Source: a virus (Duplodnaviria > Caudoviricetes). Taken from it: a DNA stretch of 43,719 bases. A model generated the notes under the pieces. The model had not been told where the DNA came from, searched no databases, and was given only the letters and a program-made list of their open reading frames with translations. The position numbers were made by a program, and so were the translations under genes. Below, piece by piece: positions 19,692 through 29,968 of this stretch; the stretch's first letter is position 1; each line of letters begins with the position of its first letter. The stretch spans positions 1-43,719 of IMG/VR virus record IMGVR_UViG_3300030382_003089. One strand, written 5' to 3'.

Positions 19692-21794
19692 CTAACTAGC
19701 TAAGTTTGAAATTGAAAAAACTTTTAAATCCTCATCTATTGCAAATTTTTGTGCTTCTGATGTACCTAAATCCAACATAGACCAAGACAGGTTTCCTTCT
19801 TCGAGTTTCCTAATATCTAACACATAGATATTTTTTCCATCATCACCAAAGCGGCATAACATTCTACCTTTCTTTGGATCATAAATAAATTCTGATTGAG
19901 CAATGTTCCCTATTTGGGCCTGGTATTTATCCTTTATTGGCTCAGTTATTGGGTGAACATTAAAACCTTGATCCAGCATATAAGCATTATCCTTACCAGC
20001 AAAAAACACCATTTCACCTATTTGTATAATAGAATCGGGAGCCACTGCACCAATATTTTCCTCACTTTCTTCAAGTGTAAAAGATGAAGGATTTGTGCTT
20101 GGTATGCCCAACCTATACACACCGCGTTCCATGAAAACAAGTAAGGACCCGAAATGTTTTAATAATCCAGTTATCTGTCCACCCTGAGTATCTTTTATCT
20201 GGATATAGTTTGTAATAGGTAATACATCAGGTTGCAGTAATTCAGAATATATTACCCAATCCTCATGGTCCTCTGCCTCTCCATCAGGGTCCAGTCTTAC
20301 ATTCCCTACGAACTGCCTACCATTTATAAATGCAGAGTATTTATGATTTACAGTTATCTTAGTTTTTTCACCAAGAGGATGAAGAGTTTTATCCGCATAA
20401 TTATAATCATAGAATCTTAGAGTAACATCATCACTTGAAATAATCCACCTATACCCATTGGTAATAGTTATGTTTTCACTAAGTTGGGCTGTAGTGTGAT
20501 CTGAATCAAATTGAATTGCCTTATCACTACTATTAACAATTACTTTTTCTGTGGCCATATGAGTATCATCTTGTGCTACATTACCATCAGCTTCTCCAGC
20601 AGTCCAGGACCAACTAGAAAAATACATTCCGCTTTTACCCCAATAACCACCTGAAGCCTCATCATATCCCAAGTCACCCGCTGTTGTCTCTGCTCCACCA
20701 GACACAGTATGCTGAATAATTTTAAAACCTTCATTAAAACCATTGTTGGCAAATTTTGCACTATTATATGATTCACTTGGGTGAATAGTTACATAAGCAT
20801 TATTCCATTCAGCATAATGGCCGCCTGAATTACCAGCAGATAATAATTCATATTTAGTGGTATTATTTGTACCACCAGGTGCCTGTACATAAAATTTATA
20901 AGTATCGTTATTGCCACCAGAGCCAGGCCAGTTTGTTGGTTCTGTAGTTAAGGCTTCTGAGTATAACCGCATGCCTAACCATTTTGTGCCAGTGTATGAT
21001 TTTATATCATCGTGGTCACTCTCCGTGTTAACTGGTATTGTATGAATATGATAAAATACTGGATCAATATTCCCTGTAGCTGTAGGGGAATATGATCGAT
21101 AAACTTTTATTGATGTTATCCTGGGATTAAAGTTCCCAGTAGACTTATTCAATTTTAGGTTAACTCTTAAAGTTTTGTCATTGTTCTCCAGTTTAAAATA
21201 ACCATAACCCTCAGGTAATGGTGCCTCTTGGACCCCATCTAATACTGCTGAAAACTTATAATAATAGTGACCACTTGCCCTTAACCCTGCACTAAATTCT
21301 GTCGGAGCCTCGCCAGTCCATGTTGTCGGATACTCTGGGGCAGAATTATCATAATGAAAATCATCAAATGATAAACCACCCAAGAAAAATTTTCGATCTA
21401 ATTGTGAATACCAACCGCCTTTATCAGTTAAACCATTTGCAAATCGCAATATCCTTCCATAGTTACTGATCCGCGATTGAACATTACTACCGCTTAATGC
21501 TTTTATATCTGCCGCCCCAGTAAAATTGGCAGCACATTTTTTTATCTTATTAGCCTGAGGTTCATAATATACCCATATACTGCTGCTTAAATCCTGATTT
21601 GTCCACTTTGTAATATTATCAATATGGTCGTTAGATAGTGTGATGTCTGCGGCCCGACCCTGGCGTTTAACCAGCTTACCGCGAACATCAGTTTCAAAAT
21701 TCTTAGTTTCAATGGTAGCTGTAGTGGATATATCTTCAGGATCACAGTTGGTAATTAAACCTCCATCAAAAATTGGGATTTCTATTAAACTCAT
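19692..21794 (-). CDS. Tail nozzle / stabilisation protein (P22 gp10 / T7 gp12-like beta-propeller, 700 aa)
   Basis: FDGGL..DP.DI N-terminus, GKLVKRQG, GGQITGL..LLVFMERGVY, IGAVAPDSI..VFFAG propeller motifs. Follows the adaptor genes. Confidence 0.75.
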   Translation of the reverse strand: MSLIEIPIFDGGLITNCDPEDISTTATIETKNFETDVRGKLVKRQGRAADITLSNDHIDNITKWTNQDLSSSIWVYYEPQANKIKKCAANFTGAADIKALSGSNVQSRISNYGRILRFANGLTDKGGWYSQLDRKFFLGGLSFDDFHYDNSAPEYPTTWTGEAPTEFSAGLRASGHYYYKFSAVLDGVQEAPLPEGYGYFKLENNDKTLRVNLKLNKSTGNFNPRITSIKVYRSYSPTATGNIDPVFYHIHTIPVNTESDHDDIKSYTGTKWLGMRLYSEALTTEPTNWPGSGGNNDTYKFYVQAPGGTNNTTKYELLSAGNSGGHYAEWNNAYVTIHPSESYNSAKFANNGFNEGFKIIQHTVSGGAETTAGDLGYDEASGGYWGKSGMYFSSWSWTAGEADGNVAQDDTHMATEKVIVNSSDKAIQFDSDHTTAQLSENITITNGYRWIISSDDVTLRFYDYNYADKTLHPLGEKTKITVNHKYSAFINGRQFVGNVRLDPDGEAEDHEDWVIYSELLQPDVLPITNYIQIKDTQGGQITGLLKHFGSLLVFMERGVYRLGIPSTNPSSFTLEESEENIGAVAPDSIIQIGEMVFFAGKDNAYMLDQGFNVHPITEPIKDKYQAQIGNIAQSEFIYDPKKGRMLCRFGDDGKNIYVLDIRKLEEGNLSWSMLDLGTSEAQKFAIDEDLKVFSISNLAS

Positions 21795-22726
21795 ATAAAA
21801 GTTGATCCAAATGCATCGGATATCTGGTGTGGACCATGTATTCCCCTGTTAGGATAATTTGTTCTAATTTTTTCTCTGTTAGCATAATACTTATCATAAA
21901 ATATAGACACCCTGCTATCCGCTTTATCTTCAGCAATACATGCCTTTGCATAATCTGCTAAGTATGCATGGTAGGCCCTGGGAATCTGTGGTTCATCACC
22001 AGCTTCACTATATGTGTAAGGTATTCCCTGGGCATAGGCCATTGCGCCTAAACCAAGTGAAGCCCAGGAAGATAACAAACTTGCCCAACTTCCAAGGTTT
22101 GTTAAAAACATCTCAGATTCGTCAGTTATAGCTACAACTTGCTCATCATCCACAAAAGTTCCTGTTATGCTTTCCAATACTAAATACCCAGCCTTTTGTA
22201 CAATCTTTTGCACATCAGCCACTGTAGCTGTAGCATTGGATGTCAATCCTTTTATGCTGTCCCTAATATGAAATTGGTCAGACTTTAAACCATCATACCT
22301 CATAAACTTATACTGGGTAGTCGAATTAGTTAGCATAGTAGGTTTAGCAGCATAAGAAAAACTAACTAATCCCGCTGTGGCCACACCTGGCACTAAATAA
22401 ACTTTATCACCCATAAGGTAGTAATATTCTGGATTACCAGTTTTTGCTGTTCCATCTGTTCTAAACCTTGAATAATCCTGGTACGCTTCAAAGTGCTTTA
22501 AGGACATTGTTTTAAATTGTACATTGTCCGTCAATTCTACAAAATCTCTTGGCAGGTCTATAAATGTATCACCTGTCTCTGGCCAGAAAGCCCAGTCCTT
22601 TTGATAACATTTCGTATAGAATGCAAAATCTTCTTCAGCTTCCTGAAGATATTTTTGTGCTTTTACTCTTGGTACATTATCATCAAATCCAACTAATACT
22701 CTATCAATTAAAGTTTCCCAATTCAT
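21791..22726 (-). CDS. Head-tail adaptor protein with inserted domain (311 aa)
   Basis: LPRDF, GNPEYY....VYLVP and PQIPRAYH.YL.DYA adaptor motifs, interrupted by a GLTSNATATV..SITGTF insert. Confidence 0.7.
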   Translation of the reverse strand: MNWETLIDRVLVGFDDNVPRVKAQKYLQEAEEDFAFYTKCYQKDWAFWPETGDTFIDLPRDFVELTDNVQFKTMSLKHFEAYQDYSRFRTDGTAKTGNPEYYYLMGDKVYLVPGVATAGLVSFSYAAKPTMLTNSTTQYKFMRYDGLKSDQFHIRDSIKGLTSNATATVADVQKIVQKAGYLVLESITGTFVDDEQVVAITDESEMFLTNLGSWASLLSSWASLGLGAMAYAQGIPYTYSEAGDEPQIPRAYHAYLADYAKACIAEDKADSRVSIFYDKYYANREKIRTNYPNRGIHGPHQISDAFGSTFI

Positions 22727-23394
22727 TACGCAACTCCTTTAGGTGCTTCTGATGGATACCTTGCGTTTAATGTGTCAATCTGCGACATTGCAGTTTTCCT
22801 GGCACTGTTAGCACGATCCTGCTTCGCATCCATTTCCCATAAATGTGCTTCAGCCATGTATATAATTGCTTCATGTAATGCAGCGTTTAATTCGCATTCA
22901 TTGTCTTTAACTATCTGTGTAGCTATAGCAGGTGATGCTGCTACACTAACTATATCAAATGGTTCTCTTATGTACCATACATCTATTGCACTGGTAGGCC
23001 CAAGTCCATCTACATAAATCTTTTCTGAGAAAACATAAGATATAGGATTGCTGTCACTTGCAGCCATATAAGTGTTCTCTAGTTTTTTCTGATCTTCAGG
23101 GGCAATCATCGTTGCCCATTTTGCAGAGCCACCATTTCCAGGATTATCTTTTACTGCAACAATGCCGTTCCGCAATGGAATATAAGTAAGTTCTGAAAAG
23201 GCCAGGGCATTGCTTGCCATTCCTATGTTTGCATCGACAACTTGCAATTCAGTTAAATAACTATTATGCAGTAAGTTTGCAACCGCCCTTAACGCTAAAT
23301 TAATAGCATCTAATTTTATTTGCTCAGGGAAAGAGGCTTCATCTGAATCTTCCAGCCTTAACCCTAGAGTTGATAACATATCGCTACCAGTCAT
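22726..23394 (-). CDS. Head-tail adaptor-like protein (222 aa)
   Basis: Helical N-terminus (LRLED..DAINLA), VWYIREP and CEL..ALHEAII..AE motifs. Located after the capsid genes. Confidence 0.65.
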   Translation of the reverse strand: MTGSDMLSTLGLRLEDSDEASFPEQIKLDAINLALRAVANLLHNSYLTELQVVDANIGMASNALAFSELTYIPLRNGIVAVKDNPGNGGSAKWATMIAPEDQKKLENTYMAASDSNPISYVFSEKIYVDGLGPTSAIDVWYIREPFDIVSVAASPAIATQIVKDNECELNAALHEAIIYMAEAHLWEMDAKQDRANSARKTAMSQIDTLNARYPSEAPKGVA

Positions 23395-23412
23395 ATTTTT
23401 TCCTTTATACTA

Positions 23413-23445
23413 TTGGGTCGGCCTGGCTAAGCCAGACCAACCCAA
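23413..23445 (-). promoter_or_regulatory. Long RNA hairpin after the capsid genes (terminator, stabiliser or processing site)
   Basis: ttgggttggtctggc-tta-gccaggccgacccaa forms a 15-bp stem. Its two mismatches become G-U pairs only on the minus (sense) strand. Confidence 0.65.
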
Positions 23446-23466
23446 CGGTTTATTAAGCAACTAACC

Positions 23467-23736
23467 TTAAGCAGCTTGATCTACCCAAGAAGCATTTCCA
23501 GATGAAGCGGCAACAGATGTTTTTACATACATCTTACCCGCAGCTACATCTACATAAATGCTACCCTTTGGCATCGCATTGCCTTCAGTTCCAGGTACTC
23601 CTGAACCAGTCATAAATTGGACACCACCTATTGGTGTAACAACAAAACTATCAGTAGAACTGGTGCCACCATCAACTCTATCTCCTAGAGAGGCCATACG
23701 CCTTCTATGAGCAGCATCTGATTGTGAAATAGCCAT
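23467..23736 (-). CDS. Putative capsid decoration/head fibre protein (89 aa)
   Basis: Directly after the MCP gene. GSGVP...KGSIYVD...MYVK...W motif. Confidence 0.55.
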   Translation of the reverse strand: MAISQSDAAHRRRMASLGDRVDGGTSSTDSFVVTPIGGVQFMTGSGVPGTEGNAMPKGSIYVDVAAGKMYVKTSVAASSGNASWVDQAA

Positions 23737-23747
23737 ATTATTACTCC

Positions 23748-24740
23748 TTAATAAGTAGTCGGCATGTTCTTAATAATTCCCTGGCGGGATGCGTTTGAAC
23801 AAGTCAAAGCACCTAACCAAAGAATTTTAGCAACAGCCGCATCCTGATTAACTGGTTTCTGGAATCCTTCAAACTTGAAGTTTCTTTTACGATGATGTCT
23901 GAACTGCAGATATTTCTCATTTAAGAAATACATATGTCCACCACCAGCAGAAGCTACATGGTCATCCACAACAATTGGAGTTCCACGATATAGCAAGTTA
24001 TTAAAACCTGCATCTGCTAAAGATTGCGAGGAAGCCCCGAATCTTTTTTGCGCGGTTAACACTTCTTCGTATGCATCAAACACTACTTGCGAACACACAA
24101 TTAAACTAGGGTGGTCGTTATCAACTGTACATGATCCGTACATTTCTCGGATCAGTTTCAGTATGTAGCTTGCATTCGAATCATCTACAAGATTTGCATA
24201 GGTTATAGCTGGGGATGTAGCTAAGGATTTCACCTGAGCATCCCACCATGTATATGCGCTGGAAGTATCAATACCACCAAGAGAGCGACCACTAGCAATA
24301 ATTTTCTGTAGTCCTACAAACTTGTCAGTATCGTCACCTTGCGATCCATACAGCGTTGTACCAAACAAATCTTTAATAGATTTCTCTGCGTTCTTGACTT
24401 TGGCTTCCAATAGATCGATCACACGCTCTGCGCCATCATTCAACATTTCTTCTTTACCAGAAATACTGATTGTAGCGTAGGCTTGTTTCCAGTTATATAC
24501 GGCATCTGTAAATGTCTCAGTTGGACTTGTGTCCATGACATCATACCCGCTGTAGAAACCCTGTGCTTCAGCTTTAGCATATTCCAAAGGTTGTAAAACC
24601 TTATTACCAGAAGCTGCAGCTTTAGATTTCCGCAACATGCGATGCGTTAATACATTGGATTCGAAAATATTATCAACCAACAAAGGGATATACTTGTCTC
24701 TAGTCAATGCACTTAAGTTGTTATAATCAACAACAGCCAT
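23748..24740 (-). CDS. Major capsid protein (330 aa)
   Basis: Follows portal and scaffold. LVDNIF..N.L, WKQAYATISISG.E, LYRGTPIVVD, MYFLN.KYL are HK97-fold MCP motifs. Confidence 0.88.
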   Translation of the reverse strand: MAVVDYNNLSALTRDKYIPLLVDNIFESNVLTHRMLRKSKAAASGNKVLQPLEYAKAEAQGFYSGYDVMDTSPTETFTDAVYNWKQAYATISISGKEEMLNDGAERVIDLLEAKVKNAEKSIKDLFGTTLYGSQGDDTDKFVGLQKIIASGRSLGGIDTSSAYTWWDAQVKSLATSPAITYANLVDDSNASYILKLIREMYGSCTVDNDHPSLIVCSQVVFDAYEEVLTAQKRFGASSQSLADAGFNNLLYRGTPIVVDDHVASAGGGHMYFLNEKYLQFRHHRKRNFKFEGFQKPVNQDAAVAKILWLGALTCSNASRQGIIKNMPTTY

Positions 24741-24755
24741 TTTCTATCTCCTCAT

Positions 24756-25640
24756 TTATCCATATAAGTCGTAATCAAAAGCCATTTTTCTTGCCTCATC
24801 ATAATCCTTCGGCTTCGAGTTAACTGGTGATCTCTCACCACTGTGTTTAGTCGATGCCTCTGGAATTGACTTGGCAGACTTGGCTTTTTCCAGTTTATTA
24901 ACAGCCTTGCTAAAAGCACTATCAACAGCAGTTTCGTGATTGGCCAGGACAAATGCATCCTCAAAATTTAAGGGGACACCATTTGTTCCTTTGTCTATCG
25001 CTAATTGTAAGACTTCCTTTACCGCATCCTCATTCCCATCCAATTCAGGATGTTTATTGATTAACGATTGGATATCTCTTTCTACAGCGACAGCCGCTTC
25101 CTGGTCCATCAATTTATTTTCCAACTCTGCAATTCGCTCTGATATTCGACCATCATCTTCGCTCTTCACTGTGTCCTGTTGGTCACTTTCGCTAGACTTA
25201 ACAGTTTCTTTAAAAAGATTGTGGTCCTCGCCAAGATAGTCTTTAAGGGTATCCATCAATTCTTCATCTTTCCTTAAAGAATCCCACTGTTCGCGTTCAG
25301 ACTCTAAAGCCTTATTACCATCTGACAACTCTTGGGCTTTCTGGGTATTGGATTTTTGCCATTCACTTCTGTTCTTCGAGTCATCTAAAGCTAACTTTAT
25401 ATCCTCAAGCGAATAGACATTTCCATCCACATCTATTTCATCAACTGTAGTTGCATCTTTAGTTTCGATCTGTTGCTCAGTTTCCTGAGGCTGATTTTCC
25501 ACGGCAGCTTCCGCACCGTTGGGTTCTTCTGAAGCAGCATCTTGAGATGATTCCGCTGGTTGGTCACTTGTCATAAGTGACTCCGCGACATCAGACTCGA
25601 TCTCTACTCCATAGACTCCACCTTCAATTTTATCTGACAT
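24756..25640 (-). CDS. Capsid scaffolding protein (294 aa)
   Basis: Very acidic N-terminus, coiled coil, KSNTQKAQELS (YT.KTQ.LA-like) motif, between portal and MCP. Confidence 0.8.
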   Translation of the reverse strand: MSDKIEGGVYGVEIESDVAESLMTSDQPAESSQDAASEEPNGAEAAVENQPQETEQQIETKDATTVDEIDVDGNVYSLEDIKLALDDSKNRSEWQKSNTQKAQELSDGNKALESEREQWDSLRKDEELMDTLKDYLGEDHNLFKETVKSSESDQQDTVKSEDDGRISERIAELENKLMDQEAAVAVERDIQSLINKHPELDGNEDAVKEVLQLAIDKGTNGVPLNFEDAFVLANHETAVDSAFSKAVNKLEKAKSAKSIPEASTKHSGERSPVNSKPKDYDEARKMAFDYDLYG

Positions 25641-25718
25641 AAGTTCTCCTATTCATTATGCTGATTATCATTATTCAAAAATTCTTTACCTATTAAATAC
25701 ACTTGTTTTCCATTTTTT

Positions 25719-27527
25719 TTACACATCCCCTGGGACCCTATTCATTAGATCAGGATTTTGTTGGAGTTGCCGCATTATAGCATCCTCATCAGTACCCATC
25801 CCTTCCATTTCTTCAGGACTCATTGGGTCACCACCAGCCATAGCTTTTTGCTGCTCCACTATGGACCTGATTAATTTTTCCTTACCAGGAAGTTCGATAT
25901 GCTCCAGGAGATATAGAGGATCAGTCACTACGCCCATTTGCATAAGCTGCATAATCTTAGCTTCTATATATTCCCTGTTTTCTGGTAGCATAGAACCTGC
26001 TTTAGCACGAACATCAAAATTCATATCCTGCATCATAGCACCAACATACTTGCGTTCTTCTGGACCTTCGGCCCCATCTATTGTCATGGTATGTTCTTCT
26101 GTCCCTAGAAACTTTATCATAGCAATCCACATTGTCCCTAAGGTTTGAATAGCCTGGTCCACTGATCTTGCTTTGAAGTCAATCTTAGTAGTGGATGCCT
26201 GTCTGTATATTTGTGCCTGGACACCTGAGGTAACATTAGCATCTGCTTTACCTTGGGTCGCTTTGTTCACTCCGCTGATCGTTTCAAACATATCACCCAT
26301 TAATTCATAAAAATTGAACACATAACCAGGCATACTTGCAGGTTGCTGCATCTGTACCATACCAGGACCTTTTTTCCTAATAACGCTACCAGGCTTATTG
26401 GATATCTGATCCACTACATCTGTAGTTTCATCTACCACCCACATTGGATTGGCCATCAAATGGGTGTTGTCCATAATCTGACTGGCCAATCTATCTAATG
26501 ATAAATTAAGAGACTTTAATCTTTTTGGTTCTGGCTTACCCCAGAAGCTATGTGCGGACCCACCATTTTTTAATACAACAAATGGGAATGGGTGTGGCAT
26601 ATGATTTTCTTTATTTAAGAACGGATATTTTGACGGTCCGTCATAGAGGAGAACGCCATTACAAATTGTAGTCTGTCGAATCATCCCTGGATACATATAA
26701 GTTTCCATTTTATCACCAGTTGGTTTACCGTCTATCTCTTCATCAATATATTCCTTGGTGTAATCCCTGGCATAACATTCAATCAACAATGCTCTCTCTT
26801 CCAGTGCTTCCATAGCCCTGGATGTGTCTTCATAATAATTTGTTTCTGTTCCTTTAGTGTCTGTAACCTGGGTAATGTTCGATCCACCCATAGACACATC
26901 ATTAATTTTTAGTGCTTCATATTTTTCGAGTTCAGATTGTGCTTTAACATATTTTCCATTTTCATATTTTTCTCTAATCTCATACAGCGGAGTTGTTGCT
27001 GCATAAGCTATGTATTCCGCGTTTTCCATTTTAGTAGCGGAAGGATTAACATAAACAGCAAAAGGGTCCACAACATCAGCATCTGGTAAATCATCTTCAT
27101 TGTTAAAGTGGACTTTTAATATTCCATTACCATATACTAAATAATCCAGTAACCACTCTGGAACCAAGTTCTGCATATCCCTTATCACCCATAGTTCATC
27201 AATCTGCTTTTGTAAAATTTCGGCAGCACTTAATCCGATTTCAGCATCACCAACTGCTATGATATCTATACGCGGTGGCCTATTGGATAATATTGGTATC
27301 ATTGTATCTATCGCGCTACCAATCATATCTAAGGTTATTTGGTTTTTAAAGTTGGGCATGTTCATGCCTTTCCAGTGTTCTCCCATATATAATTCTTCAC
27401 ACTCACGCCAAACCTTGGTCGTGTGCGATTTTGCTTTAAACGCGACATCAAACATGGTTTGTGTTCGCTTAATTATCCTGCGTTCTTCTTTGCTCGGATT
27501 GTATTCAGCTACTATTTCTTTTGCCAT
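25719..27527 (-). CDS. Portal protein (P22-like, 602 aa)
   Basis: YMGEHW, DYLVYGNGILKV, VDPFAVYVNP.A, PFV...SFWG, ETISGV...QG, TSGVQAQ. Downstream of terL. Confidence 0.9.
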   Translation of the reverse strand: MAKEIVAEYNPSKEERRIIKRTQTMFDVAFKAKSHTTKVWRECEELYMGEHWKGMNMPNFKNQITLDMIGSAIDTMIPILSNRPPRIDIIAVGDAEIGLSAAEILQKQIDELWVIRDMQNLVPEWLLDYLVYGNGILKVHFNNEDDLPDADVVDPFAVYVNPSATKMENAEYIAYAATTPLYEIREKYENGKYVKAQSELEKYEALKINDVSMGGSNITQVTDTKGTETNYYEDTSRAMEALEERALLIECYARDYTKEYIDEEIDGKPTGDKMETYMYPGMIRQTTICNGVLLYDGPSKYPFLNKENHMPHPFPFVVLKNGGSAHSFWGKPEPKRLKSLNLSLDRLASQIMDNTHLMANPMWVVDETTDVVDQISNKPGSVIRKKGPGMVQMQQPASMPGYVFNFYELMGDMFETISGVNKATQGKADANVTSGVQAQIYRQASTTKIDFKARSVDQAIQTLGTMWIAMIKFLGTEEHTMTIDGAEGPEERKYVGAMMQDMNFDVRAKAGSMLPENREYIEAKIMQLMQMGVVTDPLYLLEHIELPGKEKLIRSIVEQQKAMAGGDPMSPEEMEGMGTDEDAIMRQLQQNPDLMNRVPGDV

Positions 27528-27724
27528 CAGTTCCTCACTGGTTTAAAATTTTCTATCCTAATCATTAAGATAGTATTTACCACTTCCTCTAATGCATTCC
27601 TGTAATCATAAGCAGTATGGCCGCTTGGGCTTATACTGTCTAGTTCAGAAATAATTGCACTAACATCAGGAATTTCTTTTTTTTCCCACCTACAAGTATC
27701 TGGGTTAAATACTTCTATACTCAC
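27527..27724 (-). CDS. Hypothetical protein (65 aa)
   Basis: Translationally coupled to terL and portal by overlapping stop/start codons. Confidence 0.6.
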   Translation of the reverse strand: MSIEVFNPDTCRWEKKEIPDVSAIISELDSISPSGHTAYDYRNALEEVVNTILMIRIENFKPVRN

Positions 27725-29094
27725 GCTCTTATTCCAACCACATCTGTTTCCTCTAATAACAATTTGTCTAATTCCTTCTGTAACCAGGGTTTTGTAATCA
27801 CTTTCTTTGGCCGACCTACATAATGCAAAAAATAACGCATTTGATCCGCGTGGTGATCCTCACCAGTGGTATCCATATCTTCTGGTTTTTTTTCGTCATG
27901 CACTAAACTGGGTATTGTTCTTATAAATTCTTTACAAGTAGAAAACACCTTAATTCTAGGTGGTGTATCTGGTGAGTGATCCAAGTATTGTCTACACAGG
28001 TTCCAGCCGTTTACTCTTTCATTATTTGCTTTTATCATATTTATTCCATGCCTACCCATGATGTCCGCAATACTCATATTCGTTGGTGCAACTATATCTG
28101 ACCTATTAGTATTCTGAGGATTACGAATCCACATACTCGGATCGCCAATTGTCATCATATACTGTTCATCTCCACTTAATTCAAGAATCCTATCAATGTG
28201 ATAACTCAATTCCTTTCCAGACTCGTAATGTTCCCTATAGAGGTAAATATTGCCTTTATAATCCACGGCCCACCAGCCACATGCAAAGGGGGCCGCGAAT
28301 CCATAATCGCAACTGCGATATTTATACCAGTCAAATGGTATATCAAAAGGCTCCACTACATGAACATCATGTCTCCACTTTTGAAAGAACTGCCCAGCAA
28401 ATACATCCCAGTCTCCATCAAGCCATGCCCTGCGTAATTCATCAGGTAAAGCCCTCAAACTGTCGATATATTCTGGATCACGCTCCATGATAGTAGGGTT
28501 ATCTGTTACCTTACTAGGTACAAAAATCCTTGATTTTCCGCTTTTTTTATCAAAGTGGGTTTTGTTTCTCGCTACATCCACGAATCTGGCCTTCACCCAA
28601 GCATGTCCAGGACCACCAGGGTTTGTTGTGGCAAATATCTGAGCCTTTACACCAGGTATTGTGCTTCTCGCAGAAGACACTAGCCTTAAATAGTCTAATT
28701 CATTTGGGATTAGAGTTAATTCTTCTATGGCCACTTTCTGGAATTCTTGTCCTAAATATTTTGTCCAGGCATCTTCACTGGATAAGTGACCAGTCCATAT
28801 CTTTGCACCCGATGGAAATTCAAAGGTAGCTGGATTCCCTGTAACCTTTACGCCCATATATCTGTATAAATATTTTGCTCTATCTATCCAGTCCTTTAGA
28901 TCATCATAATTTCTTCTAATTACTAAACCACGATAACGCGGCTCTGTTATATATTCTGGGTCCACTAACCATATAGTCATTGCTTCGGTTTTTCCACCTC
29001 CGCGGCTGCCGCCATAAAGTACCTCCCACTCTGGCCTAGTCAATACCTCAGTCTGGGGACCAGGATGAGGCTGCCATATAATTTTTTCTTCCAT
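27721..29094 (-). CDS. terL: Terminase large subunit
   Basis: Walker A YGGSRGGGKT, Walker B IEELT, coupling motif TTNPGG, nuclease DYGF and EDHHADQMRY. Confidence 0.96.
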   Translation of the reverse strand: MEEKIIWQPHPGPQTEVLTRPEWEVLYGGSRGGGKTEAMTIWLVDPEYITEPRYRGLVIRRNYDDLKDWIDRAKYLYRYMGVKVTGNPATFEFPSGAKIWTGHLSSEDAWTKYLGQEFQKVAIEELTLIPNELDYLRLVSSARSTIPGVKAQIFATTNPGGPGHAWVKARFVDVARNKTHFDKKSGKSRIFVPSKVTDNPTIMERDPEYIDSLRALPDELRRAWLDGDWDVFAGQFFQKWRHDVHVVEPFDIPFDWYKYRSCDYGFAAPFACGWWAVDYKGNIYLYREHYESGKELSYHIDRILELSGDEQYMMTIGDPSMWIRNPQNTNRSDIVAPTNMSIADIMGRHGINMIKANNERVNGWNLCRQYLDHSPDTPPRIKVFSTCKEFIRTIPSLVHDEKKPEDMDTTGEDHHADQMRYFLHYVGRPKKVITKPWLQKELDKLLLEETDVVGIRA

Positions 29095-29519
29095 TACGCC
29101 TTCTTTACAAAGGCTAAAAAGGTTAATCGTTCCCCACTATATGAGGTTATCTTATGCTCTATATCACTACTGTGGATCGCTAGTCCTAAATAATTCTTTA
29201 TTTTGGTGCCATCCCTGTATGCAAGGAAGCCTGGGTCCTCATGGTCCTGTAATAAAATAGAGCAGCCATAATCACACCACTTCATATGTGGCTCTGGATT
29301 ATTGTACGCTCCTCCTGTATCTACATGCCAATCATGGTTACCATTTCTCTCTATTGATAAATAAGATGGCTTGGTCCAGTCTAACTCTTCCCCGACTTCC
29401 TGCTCTATAATCCCCTTTATTTTTGACACAACTGGGTGATCAGATAAAGCAGTACCAGATAAGTTTTTTATACTGTTTGCTTCCTCAGTTGTGATCACAT
29501 TCTCGATATAAGTTTTCAT
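29094..29519 (-). CDS. 2OG-Fe(II) oxygenase family protein (141 aa)
   Basis: HxD (WHVD), distal H (IEHKI) and R (GERLT) of the double-stranded beta-helix fold. Confidence 0.75.
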   Translation of the reverse strand: MKTYIENVITTEEANSIKNLSGTALSDHPVVSKIKGIIEQEVGEELDWTKPSYLSIERNGNHDWHVDTGGAYNNPEPHMKWCDYGCSILLQDHEDPGFLAYRDGTKIKNYLGLAIHSSDIEHKITSYSGERLTFLAFVKKA

Positions 29520-29563
29520 GTGTTATATTTTAGCCTGGTACCATAAAAGCAATTCTGGGACCC

Positions 29564-29968
29564 CTATTCCGAAGGTGGGGGGGTGGCAGATTCCTGGGGG
29601 ATTTCTACTGGGGATGAGTAATTTAGATCATTGTCTCTTACCCCCCCATCGTTTATGGCGGGAAGTGGGGTGGGGGTGGGGGTGGCCAGGGCCTTCTTTG
29701 GTGGCATCAGAATCACACCTACATGATTAACTGTATCTGATTTGATCTCTTGGGCCTTAAGGTCAGGTGCTATCTTAGAGGCAATGATACGCCAGGCTTG
29801 AGTCTGTCTCTCATCATCATCATCTAATGCAACAGTGAATAGCTTCTCAATTACCTTAGGTGTATCAGGATGTTTCCTAATGTAGTCACCAAAGTGATTA
29901 GTTGTGCCTACTGGCCTACCATTCGGATTGCCACTTTGGCCCTTCTTCCATGATGTTTTAGTCTTCAT
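29564..29968 (-). CDS. terS: Terminase small subunit (DUF5681-type N-terminus)
   Basis: WKKGQSGNPNGRP motif, GVILMPPK near the C-terminus, upstream of terL. Confidence 0.8.
   Translation of the reverse strand: MKTKTSWKKGQSGNPNGRPVGTTNHFGDYIRKHPDTPKVIEKLFTVALDDDDERQTQAWRIIASKIAPDLKAQEIKSDTVNHVGVILMPPKKALATPTPTPLPAINDGGVRDNDLNYSSPVEIPQESATPPPSE

Noticed and set aside
799-29730. Numerous plus-strand ORFs of 60-146 aa in the ORF track
   Set aside because: They are antisense shadows of long minus-strand genes and show no recognisable protein motifs.
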